Assembly: GCA_963741165.1 (NCBI GenBank)
Contig: CAVUHB010000004.1
Span: 202,413 to 266,412, forward strand
Direction of reading: 5' to 3'
DNA length: 64,000 nucleotides
Source: Candidatus Acidiferrales bacterium
GTDB taxonomy: Bacteria > Acidobacteriota > Terriglobia > Acidiferrales > UBA7541
The notes under the pieces are model-generated. The model had not been told where the DNA came from, did not search any database, and saw only the letters and a list, made by a program, of their open reading frames with translations. The position numbers and the translations under genes are program-made. Below are positions 22,260-31,866 of the stretch, piece after piece (the stretch's first letter is position 1; the number at the start of each line of letters is the position of its first letter).

Positions 22260-22751
22260 ATGACGCCAGACACCAAGCACCTGGAAGTCACCTTGGATAC
22301 CCACGTAGAGAGCGTAAATCTCGCCGAGGAGATGTGTCTGCGAGTGGCGGAAGCGTCGGGGTTTGGCGAGGATGAGTGTTACCGGATCGGGATGGCGGTA
22401 CGCGAAGGTGTGATTAACGCGTTCCACTACGGGAATCAGGAAAAACCAGAGAAAAAGATACATCTCGAGATTGAATTGAGCGCGGAACGCATGGTGATTC
22501 ATGTGATGGACGAGGGCAAAGGGTTTAAACTGCTAGACGTACCAGACCCGCTGGCGGAAGAGAATTTGTTGAGTACATCGGGACGCGGAATCTTTTTGAT
22601 GAAAGCGTTCATGGATGAATTTGATGTGGTAGCCGGGCGTACGGGCGGAGCGGAAATCATCATGGCAAAGAAACTGCCGCTGCCAGGATCGCCGGCAAGT
22701 AATGGATCGAGTTCCGCATCGCATCCGGGTGCGCCTCATCAGGAAGCATAG
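22260..22751 (+). CDS. Anti-sigma regulatory factor, RsbW/SpoIIAB-like Ser kinase (HATPase)
   Basis: N-box-like MAVREGVINAFHYGN and G-boxes MDEGKGF and SGRGIFLM. The small GHKL-only protein of 163 aa fits partner-switching kinases. Confidence 0.75.
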   Translation: MTPDTKHLEVTLDTHVESVNLAEEMCLRVAEASGFGEDECYRIGMAVREGVINAFHYGNQEKPEKKIHLEIELSAERMVIHVMDEGKGFKLLDVPDPLAEENLLSTSGRGIFLMKAFMDEFDVVAGRTGGAEIIMAKKLPLPGSPASNGSSSASHPGAPHQEA

Positions 22752-22760
22752 GAAAGACCA

Positions 22761-23108
22761 ATGTCAGCCTTGATCGCAACGACGCGTGAAGTAGGAACTA
22801 TTATTATGGTGGATCTCAGCGGGCGGATTGCGCTCGGAGAGGGCAGCGCACTTTTGCGGAAGACGATCCGCGATTTGCTCGAAGCCGGCAACACGCAGAT
22901 TCTTTTGAATTTGGGTGATATCAACTACATCGACAGCTCGGGAATCGGTGAGCTGGTAAGCGGATTTACGGCCGTGCGGAGCCGGCAGGGAGAATTGAAG
23001 CTGCTGAATTTGACGCGGAAGGTAAAGGATCTGCTGCAGATCACGAAATTGTTCACGGTGTTCGAGGTGTTTACCGACGAACACGAAGCCGTGCGGAGTT
23101 TTAAGTAG
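22761..23108 (+). CDS. STAS-domain anti-sigma-factor antagonist (RsbV/SpoIIAA-like)
   Basis: 115 aa protein. The phospho-acceptor block is INYIDSSGIGELV (DSSG), followed by ELKLLNL..V..LL.ITKL..VF. Confidence 0.85.
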   Translation: MSALIATTREVGTIIMVDLSGRIALGEGSALLRKTIRDLLEAGNTQILLNLGDINYIDSSGIGELVSGFTAVRSRQGELKLLNLTRKVKDLLQITKLFTVFEVFTDEHEAVRSFK

Positions 23109-23275
23109 GGGAGCCCGGTTGCCGCGATTGCGTTAGGGAGAGAACCCGCCGAAAATTCCCGAACCCCAGAAGCCGCACCTGGGACACCCGCCAGAAGAAC
23201 ACAAGAACTGACCCATTCCCGGATGTTCCTCGCGTACAATCCGAGCGTGCATTCAATTCCCTGGCGGAGCCTGCT

Positions 23276-24130
23276 TTGAAAAACAGCGCCATTCTGCTGG
23301 TGCAATGCCCAGACCGAAAAGGACTGGACGCAACCATTGCCGAGTTTATCTACCGGTATGACGGAAATATTCTGCATTTCGAGCAGCATCAGGCAGGGGA
23401 GGAACGCTATTACCTGGCGCGTGTGGAATGGGACCTCGAGGGATTCCGGCTGGAGCTGAAGGATTTTGCGGGGGCTTTCGGACCCATCGCGGAAAAGTTT
23501 GGAATGAACTGGCGGATGGCCATGGGGAATAACCGTCCGCGGGTGGCCATCTTTGTCTCCCGGTTCGATCATTGCCTGGTGGATCTGCTGTACCGGCAAC
23601 GGAACGGCGAGTTGTGCTGCGATTTTCCCCTGATGATCAGCAATCATCCGGATGCGAAAAGGCACGCGGATTTTTACGGTATCCCCTACCACCTGATTCC
23701 GGTCACCAAGGAGAGCAAGCCGGATGTGGAGCGGCAGGAACGCGAGTTGCTCGAAGCAAACAAAGTGGATTTGCTGGTGCTGGCGCGGTATATGCAGGTG
23801 TTGTCCAGGGAATTCATCGCCGACTACCCGCAGAGGATTATCAATATTCACCATTCCTTCTTGCCGGCTTTTATAGGAGCGAAGCCGCACCATCAGGCAT
23901 ACGATCGGGGAGTGAAGTTGATTGGAGCAACAGCACATTACGTGACCGAAGTGCTCGATGACGGGCCGATTATCGAGCAGGGAGTGGCGCGCATATCGCA
24001 CCGTGATGGATTGGACGATCTGGTCGAGAAGGGACGAGATCTCGAGAAAGTGGTGTTGTCACGGGCGGTGCGCTGGCATATCGAGAACCGCATCCTGTTG
24101 TATGACAACAAGACGGTGATATTCGAGTAG
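23276..24130 (+). CDS. purU: Formyltetrahydrofolate deformylase
   Basis: N-terminal ACT domain (ILLVQCPDRKGL) plus a formyltransferase core (INIHHSFLPAFIGAKPHHQAY, GATAHYVT..LDDGPII). TTG start. Confidence 0.9.
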   Translation: MKNSAILLVQCPDRKGLDATIAEFIYRYDGNILHFEQHQAGEERYYLARVEWDLEGFRLELKDFAGAFGPIAEKFGMNWRMAMGNNRPRVAIFVSRFDHCLVDLLYRQRNGELCCDFPLMISNHPDAKRHADFYGIPYHLIPVTKESKPDVERQERELLEANKVDLLVLARYMQVLSREFIADYPQRIINIHHSFLPAFIGAKPHHQAYDRGVKLIGATAHYVTEVLDDGPIIEQGVARISHRDGLDDLVEKGRDLEKVVLSRAVRWHIENRILLYDNKTVIFE

Positions 24131-24276
24131 CGCGGAATGAGTCGGTGAGCTCGGGTTCAGATCCTTCGACGGTGCCGCAAATTCATTGGCTCTGCTCTGG
24201 TGACATCCTGCCTGGTGACGGGGTCAAACGCGGTAGCAATGCAATGGGCGGACCCCGAGAGAAGGCGACCCTGCAA

Positions 24277-25380
24277 ATGGACATCGGAACACGGGTAGGG
24301 ACGGAATGGATTACCGAGCGTGCACGGGCGCTCGGATTTGATCTTTGTGGAGTGGTGTCGGCAGGAATCTTTCCCGAGCTCGAGCGATTTCCTGAGTGGA
24401 TTCGGCGAGGATTTCACGGGGAGATGAGCTATCTCGAGGACCCGCGGAGGCGCAATCCCTCGAGGGCGATGGAATCCCTGCGAAGTGTGATCGTCTGCGC
24501 GATGAACTACAACACGAACGACCCGTATTCGGTAGAAGCGGCGGGATCGGCGGCAGGCGGTGAACCACGCGGATGGATTTCACGATATGCGTGGGGAGAT
24601 GACTACCACGAGCTCCTGTGGAGCCGGCTAAACACGCTCGAAGGTGAATTGAAAGAAAAGTTTGGGGAGACGTTTGTAGCAAAGGCATATGCCGATACGG
24701 GTCCGGTGGCCGAGCGAGTGCTTGCGAAATATGCGGGACTTGGATGGTTAGGGAAAAATACACTACTGCTCAATGAAAAGTGGGGATCGTGGCTGTTTCT
24801 GGGAGTGATTCTGAGCTCACTCGAACTGAAGCCTTCACTCGTCGAAGCCGAGGTGGCGCCACCCGATTTATGCGGGAATTGCAGGCAGTGCCTGGATGCC
24901 TGCCCGACCGGAGCGCTGGTTGAACCGTACGTGATGGATGCGCGGCGGTGCATCTCTTATCTGACGATTGAACTTCGCGGAACGGTGCCGGAGGAATTTC
25001 GCGAGAAGATCGGCTGGCAAGTATATGGGTGCGATATTTGTCAGGACGTTTGTCCCTACAATCGGGAACGACCGGTGACGGCGTTACAGGAATTTCAGCC
25101 GAGAAGGTTCGATCGAGAGAACTCGTTGTTATTGCCAAAACTCGGATGGCTGGCTGGCCTCACCGAGGAAGAATCGCGCGTGGTGTTTCGCGGGAGCGCG
25201 ATGAAGAGGACGAAATGGAGAGGCTTAGTCAGAAATGCCTGCCTAGCGCTTGGAAACGCAAAGTTGCAAAGATCAAAACCGGAGCATCGTCTGGCCATCG
25301 CGGTGCTCGAACGACTGGCAGAATCCCCGGATCAGGTGATTGCGGTATCTGCCCAATGGGCCGTTCGGCGCATCAGATGA
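24277..25380 (+). CDS. queG: tRNA epoxyqueuosine(34) reductase
   Basis: Two ferredoxin-type clusters, CGNCRQCLDACP and CDICQDVCPYN. CISYLTIELRG block and a HEAT-like C-terminus. The start is uncertain (ATG at 24244 or 24277; the ORF opens at 24145). Confidence 0.85.
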   Translation: MDIGTRVGTEWITERARALGFDLCGVVSAGIFPELERFPEWIRRGFHGEMSYLEDPRRRNPSRAMESLRSVIVCAMNYNTNDPYSVEAAGSAAGGEPRGWISRYAWGDDYHELLWSRLNTLEGELKEKFGETFVAKAYADTGPVAERVLAKYAGLGWLGKNTLLLNEKWGSWLFLGVILSSLELKPSLVEAEVAPPDLCGNCRQCLDACPTGALVEPYVMDARRCISYLTIELRGTVPEEFREKIGWQVYGCDICQDVCPYNRERPVTALQEFQPRRFDRENSLLLPKLGWLAGLTEEESRVVFRGSAMKRTKWRGLVRNACLALGNAKLQRSKPEHRLAIAVLERLAESPDQVIAVSAQWAVRRIR

Positions 25381-25427
25381 GTCGAGGGAAGGTGGAGTCG
25401 TTGGGCCATCCCTGCAGGTGCAGTTAG

Positions 25428-25457
25428 TTGAGCGATTGCTGGTCGGGGCGGTATACT
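25428..25457 (+). promoter_or_regulatory. Candidate sigma-70-type promoter for the SOD gene
   Basis: TTGAGC, an 18-nt spacer, then TATACT, about 70 nt upstream of the ATG at 25529. This is pattern matching only. Confidence 0.3.
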
Positions 25458-25528
25458 CTGGCGTGTACTCGAATGGCTGATACCTAAGGGCAATACGAAC
25501 CGAAGAGTTCACCTAAGCAGAGGATTCC

Positions 25529-26278
25529 ATGGATCGACGAAAATTTCTCGTAAATGGTGGAGTTGTCGGTGCCGGCCTACTCGGTGTAAGAGCAGTCGCG
25601 CCGGGATTATTGCAAGCAGAAACCCGCCCGGAATCTGGAATCAAATCAAAATTGGAGGATACACACGTGGCATTTACAGTTCCCCCCTTGACGTACCCAT
25701 TTGACGCGCTCGAACCCTACATCGATGCGAAGACGATGGAGATCCATCACGACAAGCATCACGGTGCTTATGTGACGAACCTGAACAAGGCGCTCGAAGG
25801 TCATCCGGACCTGCAGTCGAAGTCGCTCGACGACCTGCTGAAGAACCTCGACGCCGTCCCGGAAACGATTCGGGGCGCGGTACGCAACAATGGTGGCGGT
25901 CATTGGAACCACTCGCTGTTCTGGCTGGAAATGAAAAAGGGTGGCGGAGGAGAGCCGAAGGGCGATCTAGCCGCGGCAATCAATTCGAGTTTCGGATCGG
26001 TTGCGGAGTTTAAGGCCAAGTTCAAGGCCGCGGGTTTGGGCCGATTTGGATCGGGCTGGGCATGGCTCCTCCTGAAAGACGGAAAACTGGTGATCGATTC
26101 GACAGCGAATCAGGACACCCCGTATCTGGCAGGGGGTAAGGCGGTGCTCGGCTTGGATGTGTGGGAGCATGCCTACTACCTCAAGTATCAAAACCTGAGA
26201 GCGGATTACATCGAAGCGTGGTGGAACGTCGTGAACTGGGATAAGGCAGCGGAGATGTACGACGCTGCCAAGAAGTAG
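25529..26278 (+). CDS. Fe/Mn superoxide dismutase with twin-arginine (Tat) leader
   Basis: Leader [19 protein letters not shown]...LLQA. The SOD core includes HHDKHH and the signature DVWEHAYYL. Confidence 0.9.
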   Translation: MDRRKFLVNGGVVGAGLLGVRAVAPGLLQAETRPESGIKSKLEDTHVAFTVPPLTYPFDALEPYIDAKTMEIHHDKHHGAYVTNLNKALEGHPDLQSKSLDDLLKNLDAVPETIRGAVRNNGGGHWNHSLFWLEMKKGGGGEPKGDLAAAINSSFGSVAEFKAKFKAAGLGRFGSGWAWLLLKDGKLVIDSTANQDTPYLAGGKAVLGLDVWEHAYYLKYQNLRADYIEAWWNVVNWDKAAEMYDAAKK

Positions 26279-26304
26279 TCCGATCGAGTAGACCTGAAAC
26301 GAAA

Positions 26305-26340
26305 GAACCCGGCTCGCAAAAGAGCCGGGTTCTTTTTATT
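26305..26340. terminator. Bidirectional rho-independent terminator between the SOD gene and the convergent LuxR gene
   Basis: GAACCCGGCTC-GCAAAA-GAGCCGGGTTC followed by TTTTTATTT. The A-rich 5' flank supplies a U-tract on the other strand. Confidence 0.85.
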
Positions 26341-26370
26341 TCAGGGAACGCTCCCAGACAACTTGCTCTA

Positions 26371-26997
26371 TCAAGCCATCATTCGAGCGTGAGCCAAAGG
26401 CAAGATTTTTCCAGAGTTCACGGGTCCGTGATAACTCTGGTTCTTAGCCACAAACGGCCTGAACTCGGCAGTTGCTGGAGGGGGAGCTGCGGGAGTCAAA
26501 GGTCTCATCGAGAGGCGTGAGGATTCGCGTAAGAGTTCCATACGGCTGCGAACTTTGAATTTGGAAAGCAGGGACGATACGTGAAACTTCACGGTTCGCT
26601 CGGAGAGATTTAACTGGGACGCTATTTCCTTGTTGGCCAGACTCCGAAGGACCCCATCAAGGACTTCTTCTTCGCGGCGCGTCAAGCGAACGGAACTCTT
26701 GGCTCCGTGGCCGGATTCGAGGATCTGCTGGGCTTTTTCGGCAAGTCCCGAGAGGCTGCTGGGGTCGGCGGGAACCATGATCAGGTAATCCGATGGCGAC
26801 TGGCCTCGCACCATGCAATGCATGGCAAGCAGGCCGGCGGCGTGATCTACGGGTAGTTCACCTTCGGGTCCCGCTTCGACATGGAAATGAGCGGTCCCCG
26901 TGGATTTTTCATAGAAGAGATAAACAGGTTTTGCAGAAGCTGCTTTGGAATGACCGATCGAATGCGTTGCTACTGTTCTGCTGCGGATGAACTTCAC
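26371..26997 (-). CDS. LuxR/FixJ-type HTH transcriptional regulator with uncharacterised N-terminal domain
   Basis: C-terminal LTRREEEVLDGVLRSLANKEIASQLNLSERTVKFHVSSLLSKFKV. No receiver Asp pocket was recognised in the N-terminal 110 aa. GTG start. Confidence 0.75.
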   Translation of the reverse strand: MKFIRSRTVATHSIGHSKAASAKPVYLFYEKSTGTAHFHVEAGPEGELPVDHAAGLLAMHCMVRGQSPSDYLIMVPADPSSLSGLAEKAQQILESGHGAKSSVRLTRREEEVLDGVLRSLANKEIASQLNLSERTVKFHVSSLLSKFKVRSRMELLRESSRLSMRPLTPAAPPPATAEFRPFVAKNQSYHGPVNSGKILPLAHARMMA

Positions 26998-27369
26998 GAT
27001 GTACTCCTCCGTAAGAGCCTCGCGGTGGGGGCGAAGCGCTCCTGTTGGTTTGGTCTCTCGTAGCCTCCTAAGAGATGGCCGGAAGTATCTAGCAAGCAGT
27101 GGGGGCCTGTTTTGAAGCAGGCCCCGCGTATCCCCAAAGAACCCTCAGAATCACCACCTAGGGATAAGCGAGAAGGAGTCCCCGTCTTATAGCTTGCGGA
27201 AGTTACACCTGACCACGCGTGACTGTGGCATCTCGGAGGCCGAAGTATCGATGTTTCTACAGTTTTTCTTTTCAAAGACTTAGGGTACGTCCGCGACCGA
27301 GTACTGGGAAGGGGGTAGGTAGAAAATGCTTGCCGGCCGAACTTTTTTCCTGATGCGGCAAACAAGTGG

Positions 27370-28564
27370 TCAGCGGCCCAGGATGTGAATCTGCTCTGTG
27401 GAAATCAGCTCGTAGGTGATGCCTCGCCAGGTCACACGACGACCTATGAGAGAAGCCACGAAATTGACGAGGTAGAGAAAAGGTACAACCAGGGTTAAAA
27501 CGATATAAATCCAGGATTGCGACATGATCTGCTTTCGTGCCGACGGAATCGCCTCGGTGACCGCGATCACACGAATCGCTCCGCGGATGGCGGCAAGAAG
27601 AAGTGGAAGAAACAGTAGCGTAACAATATGAAACGCCGGGCGTGAGGCGATCAGAAGGGTGAACCAGAGATAGCTGCCTAGCAGCAGCGTGGCGCAATAG
27701 AGGAAATGGGTCGCAAACGCTATCCCCCACATCTCTCGGCGATAGAGTTTGGTAATGCGAATCTGGCGATTGGTGAATTCAAGCAGGCCGCGGAAATCGG
27801 TCTGCACATAGGAGACGGTCAGACACTCCGGAAGAAATACGACGAAACGGCGGCCGCGTTCGATCATGGTGGTGAGGGAGTAATCGTCGCTGAAGGCATA
27901 TTGCCAGACCTCCATCATGCCGATCTCCTCGAAGATGGCGCGACGAATCGCGGTGCCACCACCCCAGCAGAAATTTCTTGTGTGGCCGCCAAGCATGGTG
28001 ACTACCGGCGCGTTCCACGCGGCGAGCAAAGCGGTCGGAAGATCATTTTGCGTGGGGATAAACCAACGCATGGTCGAGGTGGCACCAATGCGTGAATCCG
28101 AAAGAGGTGCGACAAGTTTGTGGAGCCAGGATTTACCGGGACGGCCATCGGAATCGGCGAAAACCAGAATCTCGAATTCAGGCGGCAATTGCTCGATGGC
28201 GGTGCGAAGATTGTTAACCTTTTCGCTGCAATTCGCAGGAGGTCCGGCGATGATGATGTGGGCTTTGACGCGCGAAGTGGCCACGACACGTTTCAGGATG
28301 CTGTGGGCGGGGTCGCTTTCGGAAGCCACATACAAAGAAGACTTCATAGTTCTGGTGATCGAATTCGCAGAGTGAAACAAGATTCCGCTCAAGGCCTGCT
28401 TCCATGCCACGGCAAGGGCAGAGCACGGCGGTTCGCGGTGCGTAAAATCCGGGATCGGTTTTGAGACGTTTCTGGACATAGGTCAGCCAGAGGATTGCCT
28501 GCCACAGCAGATAAGCGCCGGAAGCGATCTGCAGAATCGCCAGTACATCGAATAAAGATTCCAT
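27370..28564 (-). pseudogene. Family 2/21 glycosyltransferase (ceramide-glucosyltransferase / HpnI-like) interrupted by a +1 frameshift
   Basis: ORF 28214..28564 gives an N-terminal TM, VLCPCRG and FDHQNYEVFFV. ORF 27370..28479 continues with VASESDPA, FADSDG, FCWGGGTAIRR, FSDDYSL and RQIRIT, then C-terminal TM helices. The switch lies at about 28327-28340. Confidence 0.8.
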
Positions 28565-28661
28565 TGGAGAGAAGGATAGCAGAGGGAAGAGCTGTTCGAA
28601 GAGGGTTGTCGAGGGTTAGAATCCGAGCGGTAAACAGCAGGGGAGGGGAGAAAGGACGAAC

Positions 28662-29006
28662 ATGGCGAATCGAGTGGACTCTTCAATGGTCACGACCAGC
28701 AATGAGTTGATGGGATATCGCGTGGTGCGAAATCTCGGAGTCGTGCGCGGGATCACGGTGCGCTCGCGGAGCGTGCTCGGGAATCTGGCCGCCGCCATGC
28801 AGACAATTATCGGCGGGAACATCAGCGTGCTCACGGAGTTGTGCGAGAAAGCGCGTGGAGAGGCGTACGAACTGCTGCTCGAACATGCCGGAGAACATGG
28901 AGCGAATGCGATTCTAGCGATGCGGTATGACGCAAATGAAGTGATGCAAGGAGTGACGGAAGTGCTGGCGTATGGCACGGCAGTGCAAGTGGAGCGAATC
29001 AGCTAG
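28662..29006 (+). CDS. YbjQ family (UPF0145) protein
   Basis: 114 aa protein. GYRVVRNLGVVRGITVRSRS, GANAILAMRYD and VLAYGTAV are typical of the YbjQ_1 domain. Confidence 0.8.
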   Translation: MANRVDSSMVTTSNELMGYRVVRNLGVVRGITVRSRSVLGNLAAAMQTIIGGNISVLTELCEKARGEAYELLLEHAGEHGANAILAMRYDANEVMQGVTEVLAYGTAVQVERIS

Positions 29007-29061
29007 GCCGGGCGCGGCACTGTCGCACCTCGCTTGGGTACGATGATAGAATCGCGCCTCC

Positions 29062-31866
29062 ATGTTCTGTGCCTCCTGTGGATTTGAGATAACAACCAGT
29101 GCGCGGTTCTGCGCGCGCTGCGGCCAGGCGGTCGGCCAAGATAGGGACGCGACCGTGCTTGGTGAGGAAGAATTTCTTGAAGCGAACCCGGAGACGCTCG
29201 CGCCAGAGCCACCGGCAACGCCGCCGCAGCGTCCACCTAGCGCGACCGCACCTCCGAACCGGCCGCATTCAGCTCCTTCGACAAATCCGTTATTGATGAG
29301 CAGTGATCCGATTGGCGGCGGAAGATTCGCGCCGGGAACGCTCATCGCTGAGCGTTACCGGATTGTCGCGCTGCTTGGACGCGGAGGAATGGGCGAAGTC
29401 TACCGCGCAGAGGATCTGAAGTTGACGCAAGTTGTTGCCATTAAATTCCTGCCCACATCGTTTTCACAAGACGCGTCGGTGCTGGCGCGATTCCATGCGG
29501 AAGTCAGAGTGGCGCGGCAGGTTTCGCACCCAAACGTGTGCCGTGTGTTTGATATCGGGGACGCGGAGGGAATGCCGTTTTTGACCATGGAGTATGTGGA
29601 TGGGGAGGATCTCTCTTCGCTGGTTCGGCGGATCGGAAGACTTCCAGAGGACAAGGCGGCCGAGGTGTCACGGCAAATCTGCGCGGGACTGGCGGCGGCG
29701 CATGATCGTGGAATTGTGCACCGGGATCTGAAGCCCGCCAACGTCATGCTGGACGGTTCCGGGAAAGTACGGATAACGGATTTCGGACTCGCAGGAATTG
29801 CGGCAAATATTCAGGGAGCGGAAGTTCGCGCGGGAACCCCGGCCTACATGGCGCCCGAACAGTTGGCCGGCAGAGAAGTGACCATGAAGAGCGATATCTA
29901 TTCGCTCGGGCTGGTGATGTACGAGATTCTGACCGGGCGAAGAGCGTTTGAAGCCAACACACTGCCTGAATTGATCAAGGCGCGGGAGGAAGGGACGCTG
30001 ACAAATCCTTCCACACTGGTGAAAGATCTCGACCCGCTGACAGAACGGTTGATTTTGCGGTGCTTGGAGCGAGATCCAGCGAAGCGACCGAGCTCCGCGT
30101 TGCAGGTGGCGGCAGCACTGCCGGGCGGGGATCCCCTGGCGGCAGCGCTTGCGGCCGGAGAAACCCCATCCCCCGAAATGGTGGCGGCAGCGGGAGAAAC
30201 AGAAGGACTGAATCCGCGGCTGGGATCGCTCTATTTTGTTGCCGTGCTGGCGATGCTGGGATTGCTCGTGACGGTGAATCAGCGAGCAAAGCTGGTTTCC
30301 TATTTGCCGTTTGGCGATCCTCCGGAAGTGCTGGCTTCAAACGCCCGGGAAATGATCAAGCAATTTGGGTACGAAAAATCGCCGGCGGATACGGCATGGG
30401 GCTTCAAACTCGACAACGAGTACATTCGGCACATTCAGGAGACCGAGAAGACACCAACGCGGTGGAACGTGCTGCGCGAAGAGAATCCGCCCGCGATGAT
30501 TTTCTGGTACCGGCAGAGCCACGGGCCGCTCCTGTCCTACGCTCCCAACGACAACCTGGTGTTCGGGCGAGTGCAACCGGACCAGCCACGATTTGAGATG
30601 TCTGATTCGCGACGCGTATTGCTCAATCTGAGTGGCAAACTGATCGCTTTTGACGCATTACCACCGCAGGTGGATGAACCGAGGACAGAAGCACCGGTGG
30701 CACCGGATTGGTCGGTACTGTTTCAGGCCGCTGGACTGGATAGCGGGAAATTCAAGCCGGTCGCGCCGAGCTGGTATCCGCTGGCCTGGGGCGATACCAG
30801 GGCCGCCTGGGACGGCGCTTGGCCGGGGCATCCGGAGTCTCTGCTGCACGTGGAAGCGGCGGGATATCGCGGGAAAGCCATCTTTTTCCGGCTGATTTCG
30901 CCTTGGGATAGACCGGAGCGAATGGATTTTGGCCAGACACCGGGCGGGAATCGAATCCCGCAATTGTTCAGCCTCTCGCTGCTGATCTCGATACTTACCT
31001 TTGGGGTTTGGCTTTCGGTAAAGAATCTGAGATCCGGTCGGGGAGATTTGCGAGGTGCGGTCAGGTTGGCGATTCTTGTGTTGTGCATTGGACTCGCGAA
31101 CTGGTTGTTGCTGGCGCACCACGTTTCCGAAAGCAGAGAGATCGTGCTCCTGATGCTAGGAACCAGCGCGTCCCTTTTGTTCGCCTCATTCACCTGGCTG
31201 TTGTACGTGGCGCTGGAACCGTTTGTACGGAAGTACTGGCCGGACAGCATTATCTCCTGGACGAGGCTGCTCGATGGGCAATGGACGGATCCCGTGGTGG
31301 GACGGGATATTTTGCTCGGAACGTTGTTTGGAGTGGCGTCGGCGGTACTCGAACATCTGCAGCCGATTGTCGAGGCTGGACTGGGACGCGCGCCGATTCG
31401 CCCGATGGGATTGGCTACAACCTATGCGGTAGAAGGGTTACGCGGGACACTGGCAAGTGTTTTGTATCACGCGTCGCAGGCGCTGCCATCCACACTGATC
31501 TTATTTTTCCTGTTTTTTCCGTTGAAATTGCTGCTGAAGAAAAACTGGCTGGCGGCGCTGGTCATGTCGCTGCTCCTCTCGATCCCGAGCCTTGCGGCAC
31601 AGAATCCCTTGATCGATGCTGTGTTTACGGCGCCATTTTTCCTGGCCTATCTTTATATTCTCTATCGATTTGGGTTAGTGGCACTCACCTTCTTGTATTT
31701 CATCGATCTGCTTGCCGATGGGATGCCGATCGCCCTGCCCTTAAACGCTTGGTACACCGAAGGTGGGCTCGTTGCGGTTGTCGTGATTGTGGCGGTGGCC
31801 TTCTATGGATTCCATGTATCGCGGGCGGGGAAACCGATATTTGGTGAAGGGGAATTGCGAGTTTAG
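29062..31866 (+). CDS. Ser/Thr protein kinase with N-terminal zinc-ribbon and C-terminal polytopic membrane domain
   Basis: MFCASCGFEI..ARFCARCG zinc ribbon. Kinase motifs GRGGMGEVYRA, HRDLKPANVM, DFGLA and AYMAPEQ. One TM helix, a domain of about 230 aa, then seven or more hydrophobic helices to the C-terminus. Confidence 0.9.
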   Translation: MFCASCGFEITTSARFCARCGQAVGQDRDATVLGEEEFLEANPETLAPEPPATPPQRPPSATAPPNRPHSAPSTNPLLMSSDPIGGGRFAPGTLIAERYRIVALLGRGGMGEVYRAEDLKLTQVVAIKFLPTSFSQDASVLARFHAEVRVARQVSHPNVCRVFDIGDAEGMPFLTMEYVDGEDLSSLVRRIGRLPEDKAAEVSRQICAGLAAAHDRGIVHRDLKPANVMLDGSGKVRITDFGLAGIAANIQGAEVRAGTPAYMAPEQLAGREVTMKSDIYSLGLVMYEILTGRRAFEANTLPELIKAREEGTLTNPSTLVKDLDPLTERLILRCLERDPAKRPSSALQVAAALPGGDPLAAALAAGETPSPEMVAAAGETEGLNPRLGSLYFVAVLAMLGLLVTVNQRAKLVSYLPFGDPPEVLASNAREMIKQFGYEKSPADTAWGFKLDNEYIRHIQETEKTPTRWNVLREENPPAMIFWYRQSHGPLLSYAPNDNLVFGRVQPDQPRFEMSDSRRVLLNLSGKLIAFDALPPQVDEPRTEAPVAPDWSVLFQAAGLDSGKFKPVAPSWYPLAWGDTRAAWDGAWPGHPESLLHVEAAGYRGKAIFFRLISPWDRPERMDFGQTPGGNRIPQLFSLSLLISILTFGVWLSVKNLRSGRGDLRGAVRLAILVLCIGLANWLLLAHHVSESREIVLLMLGTSASLLFASFTWLLYVALEPFVRKYWPDSIISWTRLLDGQWTDPVVGRDILLGTLFGVASAVLEHLQPIVEAGLGRAPIRPMGLATTYAVEGLRGTLASVLYHASQALPSTLILFFLFFPLKLLLKKNWLAALVMSLLLSIPSLAAQNPLIDAVFTAPFFLAYLYILYRFGLVALTFLYFIDLLADGMPIALPLNAWYTEGGLVAVVVIVAVAFYGFHVSRAGKPIFGEGELRV

